Positions 48,313 to 58,073 are shown, counted from the first letter of the stretch. The stretch: DNA of 64,000 nt from an uncultured Candidatus Saccharibacteria bacterium (GCA_964383705.1 CAYLHJ010000001.1:37659-101658), one strand, 5' to 3'. Notes: generated by a model not told the origin, from the sequence alone. Translations and numbers: made by a program.

Positions 48313-50466
48313 ATGGAAAGAGATTATCCGCTAGAGAGAGTTAGAAATTTTGGAATTATTGCTCACATTGATGCTGGGAAAACTACTACTTCTGAGCGAG
48401 TACTTTATTACACTGGTTCTCAGCATAAAATTGGAGAAGTTCATGAGGGAGAAACCACCACTGACTGGATGGAGCAAGAGCGCGAGCGCGGCATTACTAT
48501 CACAGCAGCAGCTGTTACTTGTTTTTGGAGTCAGACATATCTACCAGTAGAAGAAAGAAAGAAAAAAGAGAATAAATATCGTTTTAATATTATTGACACT
48601 CCGGGTCATATTGATTTTACTGTTGAAGTAAAGCGCTCTCTTCGTGTTCTTGACGGTGCTGTTGTCGTTTTTGATGGTGTTGCCGGTGTTGAACCACAAT
48701 CTGAGACGAACTGGCGTTATGCAGAAGATGCTAATGTGCCAAGAATCTGTTTTATAAACAAACTTGATAGAACAGGAGCCTCTTTTGAACGGTCTTATAA
48801 ATCTATTCTTGATCGACTTTCAAAAAAAGCAGTCCGTATGCAAATTCCTGTCGGCGAAGAGGGAAATCACGAGGGAGTGGTTGATCTTTTGAAGATGAAA
48901 ATGTATGCCTTTGAAGGAGAAATGGGTAATCAGGTTGTTGAAAAGGAAATTCCAGAAAATTTAAAAGCAGATGCAGAAAAATATCGCCATGATTTGATTG
49001 AGCGCATTGTTGAAAACGATGAGTCTCTTATGAACGACTATCTTGAAGGGAAAGAAATCCCACTTGAAACTTTAAAGAAGGTTCTTCGCAAAGCAGTTAT
49101 CGAAAATAAAGTATTTCCAGTTTTCACTGGTTCGGCTTTGAAAAATAAGGGGGTTCAGCTTGTTCTTGATTCTGTTGTCGATTATCTCCCATCACCGCTC
49201 GATATTCCTCCAGTAAAAGGTATTGATCCTCGCAATGGTGAAGAGGTTACTCGTCACGCATCAGACACAGAACCTTTTTCTGCTTTGGCATTTAAACTTC
49301 AAGCCGATCCGTTTGTAGGCCAACTTACATTCTTCCGCGTATACTCTGGAACGGTTGAATCGGGAACATATCTATACAACTCAACGACAGGGGAGAAAGA
49401 AAGACTCGGACGAATAGTGCGCTTGCAAGCAAATCAAAGAGAAGAAGTAAAAAAAGTTTTTGCTGGAGAAATTGCCGCTGCGGTAGGTCTTAAAAATGCA
49501 AAAACTTCTCATACATTTTCTGATGAGAATAGCCCAATCATTCTAGACCAGATTAAATTCCCAGAGCCGGTTATCTCACTTCGTATTGAACCCAAAACAA
49601 AAGCTGACCAAGAAAAAATGGGTATTGCGCTCAAGCGTCTTTCAGATGAAGACCCAACATTTAGAATTAAAAGTGATGCTGATACGGGAGAAACTGTCAT
49701 TATGGGTATGGGCGAACTTCACTTGGAAATCATTGTTGATAGGATGAAACGCGAATTTAGCGTGGAAGCAAATGTCGGCAAACCTCAGGTTGCATACAAA
49801 GAAACTATTACAGGAACTGCAGAAGTGGAAAATAAATATATCAAGCAATCAGGAGGAAAAGGCCAGTATGGTCATGTGAAAATAAATATCAAACCACTTC
49901 CTCAGTATGATCCAGAAGAAAAAGTTCCAAAGAATGCTACTCGAGAGCCAGGATTTGAATTCATTGATTCAATTAAGGGTGGAGTTATTCCTCAAGAGTT
50001 TATTCCTGCGGTTGAAAAAGGAATTCGTGAGGGAATGGAGCGTGGTGTCGTAGCCGGATTTAAGATGACGGATATTTCAGTCGAATTAACTTATGGTTCT
50101 TATCACGATGTGGACTCATCTGAAATTGCATACAAAATTGCGGCATCGCAAGCATTTCAAGAAGCTGCTCGTAAAGCAAAGCCGGTTATTCTAGAGCCGA
50201 TTATGAAAGTGGAAGTTGTTGTCCCAGAGAAATTTATGGGCGATATTACTGGAAACCTCTCTTCAAAGCGTGGCCAAGTGGAAGGTATGGAAGATAGAGG
50301 AGAGCTTAAGGTTATCAAAGCCAAAGTTCCTCTTTCAGAAATGTTTGGTTATGTTACGAACCTACGGTCTATGACAGAGGGAAGAGGAAGCTCAACGATG
50401 GAGTTTGACCACTATGCTATAGTGCCTCAAAATGTCGCTACTTCTATCATCGAAGCAAGACAGTAA
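48313..50466 (+). CDS. fusA: Elongation factor G
   Basis: AHIDAGKTT, DTPGH, NKLD, GMGELHL. Confidence 0.97.
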   Translation: MERDYPLERVRNFGIIAHIDAGKTTTSERVLYYTGSQHKIGEVHEGETTTDWMEQERERGITITAAAVTCFWSQTYLPVEERKKKENKYRFNIIDTPGHIDFTVEVKRSLRVLDGAVVVFDGVAGVEPQSETNWRYAEDANVPRICFINKLDRTGASFERSYKSILDRLSKKAVRMQIPVGEEGNHEGVVDLLKMKMYAFEGEMGNQVVEKEIPENLKADAEKYRHDLIERIVENDESLMNDYLEGKEIPLETLKKVLRKAVIENKVFPVFTGSALKNKGVQLVLDSVVDYLPSPLDIPPVKGIDPRNGEEVTRHASDTEPFSALAFKLQADPFVGQLTFFRVYSGTVESGTYLYNSTTGEKERLGRIVRLQANQREEVKKVFAGEIAAAVGLKNAKTSHTFSDENSPIILDQIKFPEPVISLRIEPKTKADQEKMGIALKRLSDEDPTFRIKSDADTGETVIMGMGELHLEIIVDRMKREFSVEANVGKPQVAYKETITGTAEVENKYIKQSGGKGQYGHVKINIKPLPQYDPEEKVPKNATREPGFEFIDSIKGGVIPQEFIPAVEKGIREGMERGVVAGFKMTDISVELTYGSYHDVDSSEIAYKIAASQAFQEAARKAKPVILEPIMKVEVVVPEKFMGDITGNLSSKRGQVEGMEDRGELKVIKAKVPLSEMFGYVTNLRSMTEGRGSSTMEFDHYAIVPQNVATSIIEARQ

Positions 50467-50489
50467 TTTTCTCTAAGGTTTGTTAAATA

Positions 50490-50525
50490 ATATCAAAAAC
50501 CCCTCAGTCGAGGGGTTTTTGATAT
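50490..50525 (+). terminator. Terminator after fusA
   Basis: ATATCAAAAACCCCTC-AGTC-GAGGGGTTTTTGATAT. Confidence 0.8.
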
Positions 50526-50601
50526 ATTGACTATTTGGTTATATTTGTGTTATGATTAAGTTAGATTCGGTTAAGTCCACAGGCCTTTTCAGGAGAGAAA
50601 A

Positions 50602-50985
50602 ATGAATCGTCAATGGATTCGTGCATTATCCGTACTTTTTGTGCTTCTCCTATGCTACTTGTTTCTTAACTGGGCAGTCGGAGGAAAGTGTTCGGAGTTT
50701 CAGAGAGGGCCATCATCCCAAATTGAAGCCGATTCTTTCGGAACTTGGGGTGAGGACCTCGGGGTGATGAGGGGGCAATTCTTTTTGTTGAATGACAGCA
50801 CCCTTGCCATGGTGCTGGAAGAAGTGGTGGCAAAGGGGCAACCATATAAGATCGAAGGTATCCTTTGCGTTGAGTGTCCGCGTCAGGACCTAGGGTTAAT
50901 CCTTATGGGTGATATCGCCAAGTTCATTTACCCAGGGGACAGTGACTACAATCATTACGCCGCTAAGTTTCTCCTGCAGAAATAG
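50602..50985 (+). CDS. Cassette-array paralogue 1, N-terminal TM/signal
   Basis: TTGACT-18-TATGAT promoter, AGGAGA SD, C-terminus DSDYNHYAAKFLLQK. Confidence 0.7.
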   Translation: MNRQWIRALSVLFVLLLCYLFLNWAVGGKCSEFQRGPSSQIEADSFGTWGEDLGVMRGQFFLLNDSTLAMVLEEVVAKGQPYKIEGILCVECPRQDLGLILMGDIAKFIYPGDSDYNHYAAKFLLQK

Positions 50986-51030
50986 CTTCCCCACGAAAAC
51001 CTCACGGTGTTTCGTGGGGTTTTTGTTTGA
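50956..51030 (+). repeat. 75-bp direct repeat copy 1 (gene 3' end plus terminator)
   Basis: 69/75 identical to 51479-51553 by manual alignment. Confidence 0.9.
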
Positions 51031-51157
51031 TGTATTTTAATTTATGGCGAGTTCCAAAGGTCAGGATACTTTACGATTATTTGACAAAGCTATAGTTAAT
51101 TGTCATAATGCTGATCAGAGTGGCAAAACCACACACAGACCTTTTCAGGGGAGAATA

Positions 51158-51508
51158 ATGCCCAGTCCTTCTCGCAGGTTTCCCAGACTCCTGGATTATT
51201 TTGTCATGGGGGCTCTTTTGATTGCGCTGCTGGCTGCGGTAATTTTCGGACGGGGCCCCGAAAAGAGACATATTCCGGTGAAGACGGTGGTGGATAAGCT
51301 TCAGCTTCTCGGGGGTGGAGAGATCATCAATACCGGTGAACGGCTCTATTTCACCACGCAGGATGGCCAGAGCATGGTTGCCTGCATCAAATGTGAGGAG
51401 ATCTCAGTCTACTGGCTTAAGTCTCCACGCTTCGAGACGATCGAAGTTGTTAACCCCTTCGACTCAAGCTACGAGCACTACGCAGCCAAGTTTCTCCTGC
51501 AGAGATAA
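51158..51508 (+). CDS. Cassette-array paralogue 2
   Basis: TTGACA-17-CATAAT, GGGGAGA SD before ATG 51158, C-terminus DSSYEHYAAKFLLQR. Confidence 0.7.
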   Translation: MPSPSRRFPRLLDYFVMGALLIALLAAVIFGRGPEKRHIPVKTVVDKLQLLGGGEIINTGERLYFTTQDGQSMVACIKCEEISVYWLKSPRFETIEVVNPFDSSYEHYAAKFLLQR

Positions 51509-51553
51509 CTTCCCCACGAAAACCCCACAGTGTTTCGTGGGGTTTTTGTTTGA
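51479..51553 (+). repeat. 75-bp direct repeat copy 2
   Basis: Contains CCCCACGAAA...TTTCGTGGGG-TTTTTG terminator. Confidence 0.9.
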
Positions 51554-51617
51554 CATTTTTATTTTTGATGATATAGTTTATTTGGATTCGGAACAATCAC
51601 ATTCTCGGAGAATAACA

Positions 51618-52007
51618 ATGTTTGAATACATTCGGCGTCATCGGATAGGATTCTGGGCCACAATGTACGTGATCATGTTTTACTCGGTCTTTTATGGCTG
51701 GTTCTACCTGGATGACAAGAAGTTCCAGGAGAGTCTAACCTCTGCCGACCGTGAACACATCGTCTCTATCCGTGAGAGAGCCCAAACTCTTGAAGGAGGA
51801 GAGTTTCTTCTCATGCGCGATGGTTCGGTGAAGCAGGTTGTTCCTCCAGGACACTCCTCTGGCGACATACCTACCAGATCTTCACAGGGGACTGATCGCT
51901 GGTTACTTAACAACGACAGGTTTATCTGGAGTATTGTAAAGATCGTCACCCCCGATGATTCTGTCGAATACAGTGACCTGGGCCGGAAGTTCGTTCTCCA
52001 GAAGTGA
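51618..52007 (+). CDS. Cassette-array paralogue 3
   Basis: TTGACA-16-TATAGT, GGAGA SD before ATG 51618, C-terminus DSVEYSDLGRKFVLQK. Confidence 0.7.
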   Translation: MFEYIRRHRIGFWATMYVIMFYSVFYGWFYLDDKKFQESLTSADREHIVSIRERAQTLEGGEFLLMRDGSVKQVVPPGHSSGDIPTRSSQGTDRWLLNNDRFIWSIVKIVTPDDSVEYSDLGRKFVLQK

Positions 52008-52024
52008 TTGGATTGATGAATGAT

Positions 52025-52066
52025 AGCCCCCATTTCTTGCAAGACTCAAGAAACGGGGGCTTTTTT
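52025..52066 (+). terminator. Terminator before the tuf promoter
   Basis: AGCCCCCATTTCTTG...CAAGAAACGGGGGCTTTTTT. Confidence 0.75.
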
Positions 52067-52224
52067 CTTGACTATTCAAACTCTTTTGTTATTATAATGC
52101 TCACGCTTTTTGCGCCTTTTTCTTTTGGTTCGCAAAAAAGTTAAGCATTATTAATCATTTTAGTTGTGTGAGTTTGCCAAACTCTCGCGCGGCGGCCCCA
52201 CACAAGTAAACAATTTATAAAATT

Positions 52225-53415
52225 ATGGCAAATTTTGACCGTTCAAAGCCTCACGTCAACGTTGGAACCATTGGTCACGTTGACCACGGCAAAACAACTC
52301 TTACGGCTGCTATCCTAAACGTGCTAAATCGCGCGGGAAAGACAGCAACAATTAAGGGGGTTGATCAGATTGACAAAGCTCCTGAGGAAAAAGCTCGTGG
52401 TATTACGATTTCTCTATCACACAATGAGTATGAGACAGATGCGCGACACTATGCGCACATTGATGCTCCTGGTCACGCTGACTACATCAAGAACATGATT
52501 ACGGGTGCCGCTCAAATGGACGGCGCCATCTTGGTTGTTGCTGCAACAGACGGTGTGATGCCTCAAACAAGAGAGCACGTATTGCTTGCAAAGCAGGTTG
52601 GTGTTCCAAAAATTATTGTTTTCCTAAACAAGGTAGATATGGTTCCAGATAAGGAGCTTATTGATCTTGTTGAAGAAGAGGTTCGTGAGCTTTTGACAAA
52701 ACAAGGTTTTGACGGGGCTGGCGCACCAGTTATTCGTGGTTCAGGTCTTAAGGCCTTGGAAGCATCAGGAATTGATGATGAATGGTCAAAGGCAGTTCTT
52801 GCTTTGGCTGATGCCTTAGATACATACATTCCTGTTCCAGTTCGAGAAATTGATAAGCCATTTCTCATGCCAGTTGAAGACATCTTCTCAATTGAAGGCC
52901 GAGGAACTGTTGTTACTGGAAGAATAGAGAGAGGACAAATAAAAGTTGGTGAAGAAGTTGAAGTTGTTGGTCTTAAACCAACAGCAAAGACTGTTGTCAC
53001 TGGAATTGAAATGTTTAACAAGTCTCTTGACTCAGGTATGGCTGGAGACAATGCCGGAATTCTTGTTCGAGGATTAAAGAAGGAAGATATCACTCGTGGA
53101 CAAGTTCTTGCAAAGCCAGGATCAGTTAACCCTCATACAGATTTTGAAGCGGAAGTTTATATCCTTAAAAAGGAAGAAGGAGGACGACACACCCCATTTT
53201 TCACAGGGTACAAGCCACAATTCTATATCCGAACGACTGATGTTACGGGGGAAGTTACTCTTGCAGAGAAAGTAGAAATGGTTATGCCTGGAGACACTGT
53301 TACATTTAAAGTAAAACTCGTTGCTCCGGTAGCCCTTGAAGATCAGATGCGCTTCGCTATTCGAGAAGGAGGAAAGACTGTTGGAGCTGGTGTTGTAACT
53401 AAGATTAACGCCTAA
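52225..53415 (+). CDS. tuf: Elongation factor Tu
   Basis: [21 protein letters not shown]. Confidence 0.97.
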   Translation: MANFDRSKPHVNVGTIGHVDHGKTTLTAAILNVLNRAGKTATIKGVDQIDKAPEEKARGITISLSHNEYETDARHYAHIDAPGHADYIKNMITGAAQMDGAILVVAATDGVMPQTREHVLLAKQVGVPKIIVFLNKVDMVPDKELIDLVEEEVRELLTKQGFDGAGAPVIRGSGLKALEASGIDDEWSKAVLALADALDTYIPVPVREIDKPFLMPVEDIFSIEGRGTVVTGRIERGQIKVGEEVEVVGLKPTAKTVVTGIEMFNKSLDSGMAGDNAGILVRGLKKEDITRGQVLAKPGSVNPHTDFEAEVYILKKEEGGRHTPFFTGYKPQFYIRTTDVTGEVTLAEKVEMVMPGDTVTFKVKLVAPVALEDQMRFAIREGGKTVGAGVVTKINA

Positions 53416-53448
53416 CAAAAAAGTTTTTACTTTTTAGCAAAAATTAGA

Positions 53449-53832
53449 ATGGCAACGAAAGCGACAACTAAAAAAACTCCAAAGACGGCAAAAGCTCCTT
53501 CAAAAGTTAGTCAGAAAGAGGGTGGAATATCTAAGCTTCGAATCAGAGTGCGAGCCTATGAGTATAAGATACTTGATGTATCAGTAAAACAAATTATAGA
53601 CACGGCGCTTAGATACGATGCGGAAGTCTTAGGTCCAATACCGCTTCCTACAGAGATAAAAAAATATACAGTTAATCGTGCTTCCTTTGTTTTCAAAAAT
53701 GCGCGAGAACAATTTGAAATGAGGATTCACAAGAGGTTAATTGATATTATAAATCCAACTCCGAAGCTTATTGAGTCGCTTACCAATCTCTCACTTCCAT
53801 CTGGAGTCAATATAGACGTAAAGATAATGTAG
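53449..53832 (+). CDS. rpsJ: 30S ribosomal protein S10 (basic N-terminal extension)
   Basis: [22 protein letters not shown]. Confidence 0.95.
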   Translation: MATKATTKKTPKTAKAPSKVSQKEGGISKLRIRVRAYEYKILDVSVKQIIDTALRYDAEVLGPIPLPTEIKKYTVNRASFVFKNAREQFEMRIHKRLIDIINPTPKLIESLTNLSLPSGVNIDVKIM

Positions 53833-53859
53833 TGTTGGCTATCGGTGTTTAGGTAATAC

Positions 53860-53893
53860 AGATAAAGTTGCCCGGAGACGGGCAACTTTATCT
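53860..53893 (+). promoter_or_regulatory. 15-bp perfect hairpin with GAGA tetraloop between rpsJ and rplC
   Basis: AGATAAAGTTGCCCG-GAGA-CGGGCAACTTTATCT. Confidence 0.55.
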
Positions 53894-53971
53894 CAAAGAA
53901 AGTGGTTCGATTGTTTCTAGACAATGAGCAAAAAATCAGTAGTATTGGTTTCCGATCGGAACCTGGCTTCA

Positions 53972-54583
53972 ATGAAATTCATTCTCGGCAAAAAAGAAAA
54001 TATGACTCAGGTCTTCACAGAAGAAGGCAAGCTTATTCCTGTTACGAAACTTTCCGTTGGCCCCGTTGTTGTTACCCAGGTGAAAGACTTACAAAGAGAT
54101 GGATATAAGTCTGTCCAGATTGGATATGGTGCTAAAAAAGAAAAAAGAGTAAATAAGGCACTAAAGGGTCATTTTAAAAACCTCGGCCTTTTTTCTTATC
54201 TCAAAGAATTTCCAGTTGATGATAAAGACTCTTTTTCGGTGGGCGACACCATTAATGTTTCATCTTTTGCTCCAGGAGACTCCATTGTTATTTCTGGTAT
54301 ATCAAAAGGAAAAGGATTTCAAAGTGTCATCAAGCGACACGGATTTAAAGGTGGACCTAGAAGCCATGGACAGAAACATTCAGAGCGAGAACCGGGTTCT
54401 ATTGGAGGAGGTCTTCGTAACAAAGTCCCAAAGGGCATGAGAATGGCAGGCCGAACAGGTAATGACAGAGTCACTTTGAAAAGTTCGAAAGTCATTGCGG
54501 TTAATCCAGAAACAAATGAAATTCTGGTTTCAGGGCCAATTCCTGGACGACGGGGCACGATAATTGAAATTAGCGCTAAGTAA
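53972..54583 (+). CDS. rplC: 50S ribosomal protein L3
   Basis: SKGKGFQ, SHG, PGSIG. Confidence 0.95.
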   Translation: MKFILGKKENMTQVFTEEGKLIPVTKLSVGPVVVTQVKDLQRDGYKSVQIGYGAKKEKRVNKALKGHFKNLGLFSYLKEFPVDDKDSFSVGDTINVSSFAPGDSIVISGISKGKGFQSVIKRHGFKGGPRSHGQKHSEREPGSIGGGLRNKVPKGMRMAGRTGNDRVTLKSSKVIAVNPETNEILVSGPIPGRRGTIIEISAK

Positions 54584-54584
54584 T

Positions 54585-55346
54585 ATGGATACTAATCTTT
54601 ACAGCCAAGATGGAAAATCATTAGGGAAGTTAACGCTACCTTCTAGGATTTTTTCTTTGCCATGGAATGCTGATTTGGTTCACCAGGTGGTTGTTTCAAT
54701 GCAATCAAGCGCTCGCAATTCTATTGCTCATACAAAAACTCGCGGAGAAGTTCGTGGTGGAGGTAAAAAGCCATGGAAACAGAAAGGAACTGGTCGTGCT
54801 CGACATGGTTCTACTCGTTCTCCAATTTGGGTTGGTGGAGGTGTAACTCACGGACCTCGTAGTGATAAGAATTATGATAAAAAAGTGAATCGAAAGATGA
54901 AAACAAAAGCGCTTTTCACCATTCTTTCTAAGAAATATAAAGATGGGGAAATAACCTTCATTGATGATTTAACTCTTAAAGAGCCTAAGACCAAGGAAGC
55001 GCTAGCTTCTTTGAAGGGTTTTTCTAATATTCCAGCACTTAAGACTGCGATTGCAAAAAAATCGAATGCTCTTTTTATCGCAGTTCCAGAAAAAAAAGAT
55101 TTTGTATCGAGAGGATTCAATAATATTGGAAATGTGTCTCTTGAAGAGACCAGAAATATAAATCCTGTTTCAATTCTTTCCTATAAGCATTTAGTCTTTA
55201 TTTATCCAGAAGAGACTTTTAGGATTTTAGAATCAAAATTAGGTGGCGATAGTGAAGTAAAAGATAAACCAACAAAACCCGCTAGAGAAAAGAAAGTGAA
55301 AAAAGAAATGGTTAAGGTTAAGAAAATCGCAAAGGCAAAGAAATAA
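54585..55346 (+). CDS. rplD: 50S ribosomal protein L4
   Basis: KPWKQKGTGRARHGS. Confidence 0.95.
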   Translation: MDTNLYSQDGKSLGKLTLPSRIFSLPWNADLVHQVVVSMQSSARNSIAHTKTRGEVRGGGKKPWKQKGTGRARHGSTRSPIWVGGGVTHGPRSDKNYDKKVNRKMKTKALFTILSKKYKDGEITFIDDLTLKEPKTKEALASLKGFSNIPALKTAIAKKSNALFIAVPEKKDFVSRGFNNIGNVSLEETRNINPVSILSYKHLVFIYPEETFRILESKLGGDSEVKDKPTKPAREKKVKKEMVKVKKIAKAKK

Positions 55347-55352
55347 AATTTT

Positions 55353-55712
55353 ATGGCTCTTCTTTCACGAAAAAAGAAAACAGAAGAAAAAAATGATGGA
55401 GCATCAAAAGCTTTGTCATTAAGCGTAGCCAAATCAAGCAATGCGCATGTGCTTTTGCGCCCGAGAATAACGGAAAAAGCTAGTATGCAAGCAAGCGAGG
55501 GGAATGTTTATGTCTTTGAGGTTGATATGATGGCGACCAAAAAAGATGTAAAAAACGAGGTTGTGCGATTATACAAAGTTACTCCGTTAAAAGTGGCAGT
55601 GGTTCCTATAAAGAGGAAACAGGTTATTGTGCGAGGTAAGTATGGCCAAACTTCTGGTGGCAAAAAAGCTTATGTCTATTTGAAAAAGGGAGATAAGATT
55701 GAATTTATATAA
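55353..55712 (+). CDS. rplW: 50S ribosomal protein L23
   Basis: PRITEKA, KKAYV. Confidence 0.93.
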   Translation: MALLSRKKKTEEKNDGASKALSLSVAKSSNAHVLLRPRITEKASMQASEGNVYVFEVDMMATKKDVKNEVVRLYKVTPLKVAVVPIKRKQVIVRGKYGQTSGGKKAYVYLKKGDKIEFI

Positions 55713-55714
55713 TT

Positions 55715-56557
55715 ATGAAAAAGTATAGACCAACAACTCCGTCTCGACGAGAGACCTCATCAATCCATTTTGCAAAGATCTTAACTGCAAAAAGTCCGGT
55801 AAAGTCTTTGACCTATGGTTTTCGTAGAGCTGTCGGAAGGAATCATCACGGCAGGGTTACTACGCGCCATAAAGGGGGAGGACATAAGAGACTTTATCGT
55901 CTCGTTGATTTTTCTTATAACAAACCAAATATTCCTTTTACTGTAAAAACCATTGAATACGACCCAAATCGATCAGGTTTTATCGGTCTTGCGCATTATG
56001 GAGATGGTGAGCGTCGATATGTTCTTCTTCCTAAAGGTGCAAAGGTGGGCGATTCATATATTGTTTCAGAAAATGCACCAGAAACTCCTGGGAATAGACT
56101 TCCACTTAAGAAAATTACTGTCGGGACATTTATTTATAATGTTGAAGTAAAACCAAAAGGTGGGGCAAAGCTTGGCCGTTCGGCTGGTAACTATATTGAG
56201 GTTGTCGCCAAAGACGGTGGATATGTTGATATCAAAATGCCTTCTACTGAGGTCAGGAAAGTTTCCGAGAATTGCTGGGCTACGATAGGCGAGGTTTCAA
56301 ATGACGAGAATAGGCTTGTTAATCTTGGAAAAGCGGGCAGAAGTCGTTGGCTAGGAATTAGACCAACGGTCCGTGGATCTGCTATGAACCCGGTTGATCA
56401 TCCATATGGAGGTGGAGAAGGTCGTGCTGGTCGGGGTACTAGAAGGGCAAAAAGCTTTACCGGTAAGCCTACTGGTAAGGGTCAAAAGTCTCGTCGAGCA
56501 AAGAAATACTCAAATAAGTTCATAGTCAGGAGAAGAAAGGTTGGAAAAGCCAAGTAA
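55715..56557 (+). CDS. rplB: 50S ribosomal protein L2
   Basis: EYDPNRS, MNPVDHPYGGGEG. Confidence 0.96.
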   Translation: MKKYRPTTPSRRETSSIHFAKILTAKSPVKSLTYGFRRAVGRNHHGRVTTRHKGGGHKRLYRLVDFSYNKPNIPFTVKTIEYDPNRSGFIGLAHYGDGERRYVLLPKGAKVGDSYIVSENAPETPGNRLPLKKITVGTFIYNVEVKPKGGAKLGRSAGNYIEVVAKDGGYVDIKMPSTEVRKVSENCWATIGEVSNDENRLVNLGKAGRSRWLGIRPTVRGSAMNPVDHPYGGGEGRAGRGTRRAKSFTGKPTGKGQKSRRAKKYSNKFIVRRRKVGKAK

Positions 56558-56658
56558 TTTCCTTTTTCACCATATTCTTCAAGGTAATATTTGACAGTGG
56601 TGAGCTCTTTCTATAGTATACTTTGCAAGCTCTTCTCAGAGCTTCTTTCATTTAAGTT

Positions 56659-57006
56659 ATGACACGGTCATCAAAAAAAGGTCCATACGTATACGAAAAA
56701 CTTCTCAAGAAAATTGAGGGGAAGAAACCGGGAGAAACTGGCTCTATTAAGACTTGGGCACGAGATAGCCAAATTGCTCCAGAAATGGTTGGATTCTCCT
56801 TCGCAGTTCATAATGGCAAAGATCATATTGATGTCTTTGTTACTGAGGACATGGTCGGGCATCGATTGGGTGAGTTCTCTCCGACACGAAAGTTCGTCAA
56901 ACATGGAGGAAAGATGCAGAAGGAACTTGAACAGAAAAAGAAAGAAGCAGAAATCTCAGCAGCTCAAGCTGCAAAACCGGCTGCGACAACGGCTCCGGCT
57001 AAATAA
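56659..57006 (+). CDS. rpsS: 30S ribosomal protein S19
   Basis: [17 protein letters not shown]. Confidence 0.95.
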   Translation: MTRSSKKGPYVYEKLLKKIEGKKPGETGSIKTWARDSQIAPEMVGFSFAVHNGKDHIDVFVTEDMVGHRLGEFSPTRKFVKHGGKMQKELEQKKKEAEISAAQAAKPAATTAPAK

Positions 57007-57011
57007 TTTTT

Positions 57012-57389
57012 ATGGCAATTGTATCGGCACAACTTTCAGATTATCGTCAGTCACCTCGCAAAGTGAGAGTGGTAGCAACTCTTGTCCGTGGGAAAAGTGT
57101 TCCAGATGCTCTTTCAGGATTGCAATTTTTAGGGAAGAAGGCATCACTTCCTATTGCAAAGCTTATTAAATCAGCAGTTGCAAATGCTGAATTTCAGAAA
57201 TTAGATAAAGAAAATCTTTTTGTAAAAGAACTTCGAGTTGATGCTGGTAGCATTCTTTACCGCAGACAGCCAGCTTCACGTGGCAGATCCTCGACCATTC
57301 GCAAACGCAGTAGTCATGTAAAAGTTGTGCTTGAAGAACGAGCTCCGAAAATGAAGAAAACTAAAATAAATAAAGAAAGTAAATCTTAA
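57012..57389 (+). CDS. rplV: 50S ribosomal protein L22
   Basis: SPRKVR, SAVANA. Confidence 0.95.
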   Translation: MAIVSAQLSDYRQSPRKVRVVATLVRGKSVPDALSGLQFLGKKASLPIAKLIKSAVANAEFQKLDKENLFVKELRVDAGSILYRRQPASRGRSSTIRKRSSHVKVVLEERAPKMKKTKINKESKS

Positions 57390-57393
57390 TTTT

Positions 57394-58062
57394 ATGTCTC
57401 ATACAGTCCACCCATATTCTCATAGATTAGGAATTATACGCGATTGGAAATCGAGATGGTTTGGGCCTAAGACAAAATATAAAGATTTTTTGCGTGGAGA
57501 TTTGGTGATTCGTGCATTTTTAGAAAAAAAATTAAAAGGGTTATTTGTTAGTTTGATAGAAATAGAGAGGAATGAAAAGGTTCTTCGCATTATTGTTGAA
57601 ACCTCTCGTCCAGGAATGATTCTTGGTAGGGGTGGGGACGGAGCCGTTAAACTTCGAGATGAAATAATTAGCACCCTAAAGAAGCGAGGTCTTTTGAATC
57701 AAAAAGAAGAAGTTCGCCTCGACATTAAAGAAATAAAATCTCCAGAATCAAATGCTTCTATTGTTGCTCAAATGATTGCGGAAGGTCTTGAAAAAAGAAT
57801 GCCATATCGTCGTGTTGTAAAGCAGATTGTAGAAAAGGTTATGGCTAACCGAGATGTTCTCGGTGTTAAAGTTACTGTTGCAGGCCGATTGGGCGGGGCT
57901 TCTATCGCTCGCTCAGAAACAAAAAAGTTAGGAAGAATTCCACTACAAACATTTAGAGCTGATGTTGATTTCGCTCGTCATGAAGCTAAATTGCCTTATG
58001 GTAATCTTGGAATTAAAGTTTGGATTTACCGAGGCGAGATTTTTGCAAAAAAACCTGAATAA
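57394..58062 (+). CDS. rpsC: 30S ribosomal protein S3
   Basis: RPGMILG, GRLGG, GIKVWI. Confidence 0.95.
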   Translation: MSHTVHPYSHRLGIIRDWKSRWFGPKTKYKDFLRGDLVIRAFLEKKLKGLFVSLIEIERNEKVLRIIVETSRPGMILGRGGDGAVKLRDEIISTLKKRGLLNQKEEVRLDIKEIKSPESNASIVAQMIAEGLEKRMPYRRVVKQIVEKVMANRDVLGVKVTVAGRLGGASIARSETKKLGRIPLQTFRADVDFARHEAKLPYGNLGIKVWIYRGEIFAKKPE

Positions 58063-58073
58063 TAAAAAATACT

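Noticed and set aside
50956-51553. 75-bp repeats as DGR template/variable repeats
   Set aside because: Mismatches are not adenine-specific (two T/C, and A occurs on either copy) and no reverse transcriptase is in the window
50986-51553. Repeated hairpins as integron attC sites or CRISPR repeats
   Set aside because: No RYYYAAC/GTTRRRY cores, only two copies, gene-sized spacing, and both look like ordinary T-tailed terminators; no IntI or cas gene nearby
51044-51617. Longer ORF-track starts at 51044 and 51315 (also 43226, 44393, 47720, 53924, 60238)
   Set aside because: The extensions cross promoters, terminators or upstream genes; downstream ATGs fit SD, -10 spacing or family N-termini better
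52563-53418. Long antisense ORFs opposite tuf, and similar ones opposite rny, tig, rplE and comM
   Set aside because: Typical antisense shadows of conserved genes with no independent signals
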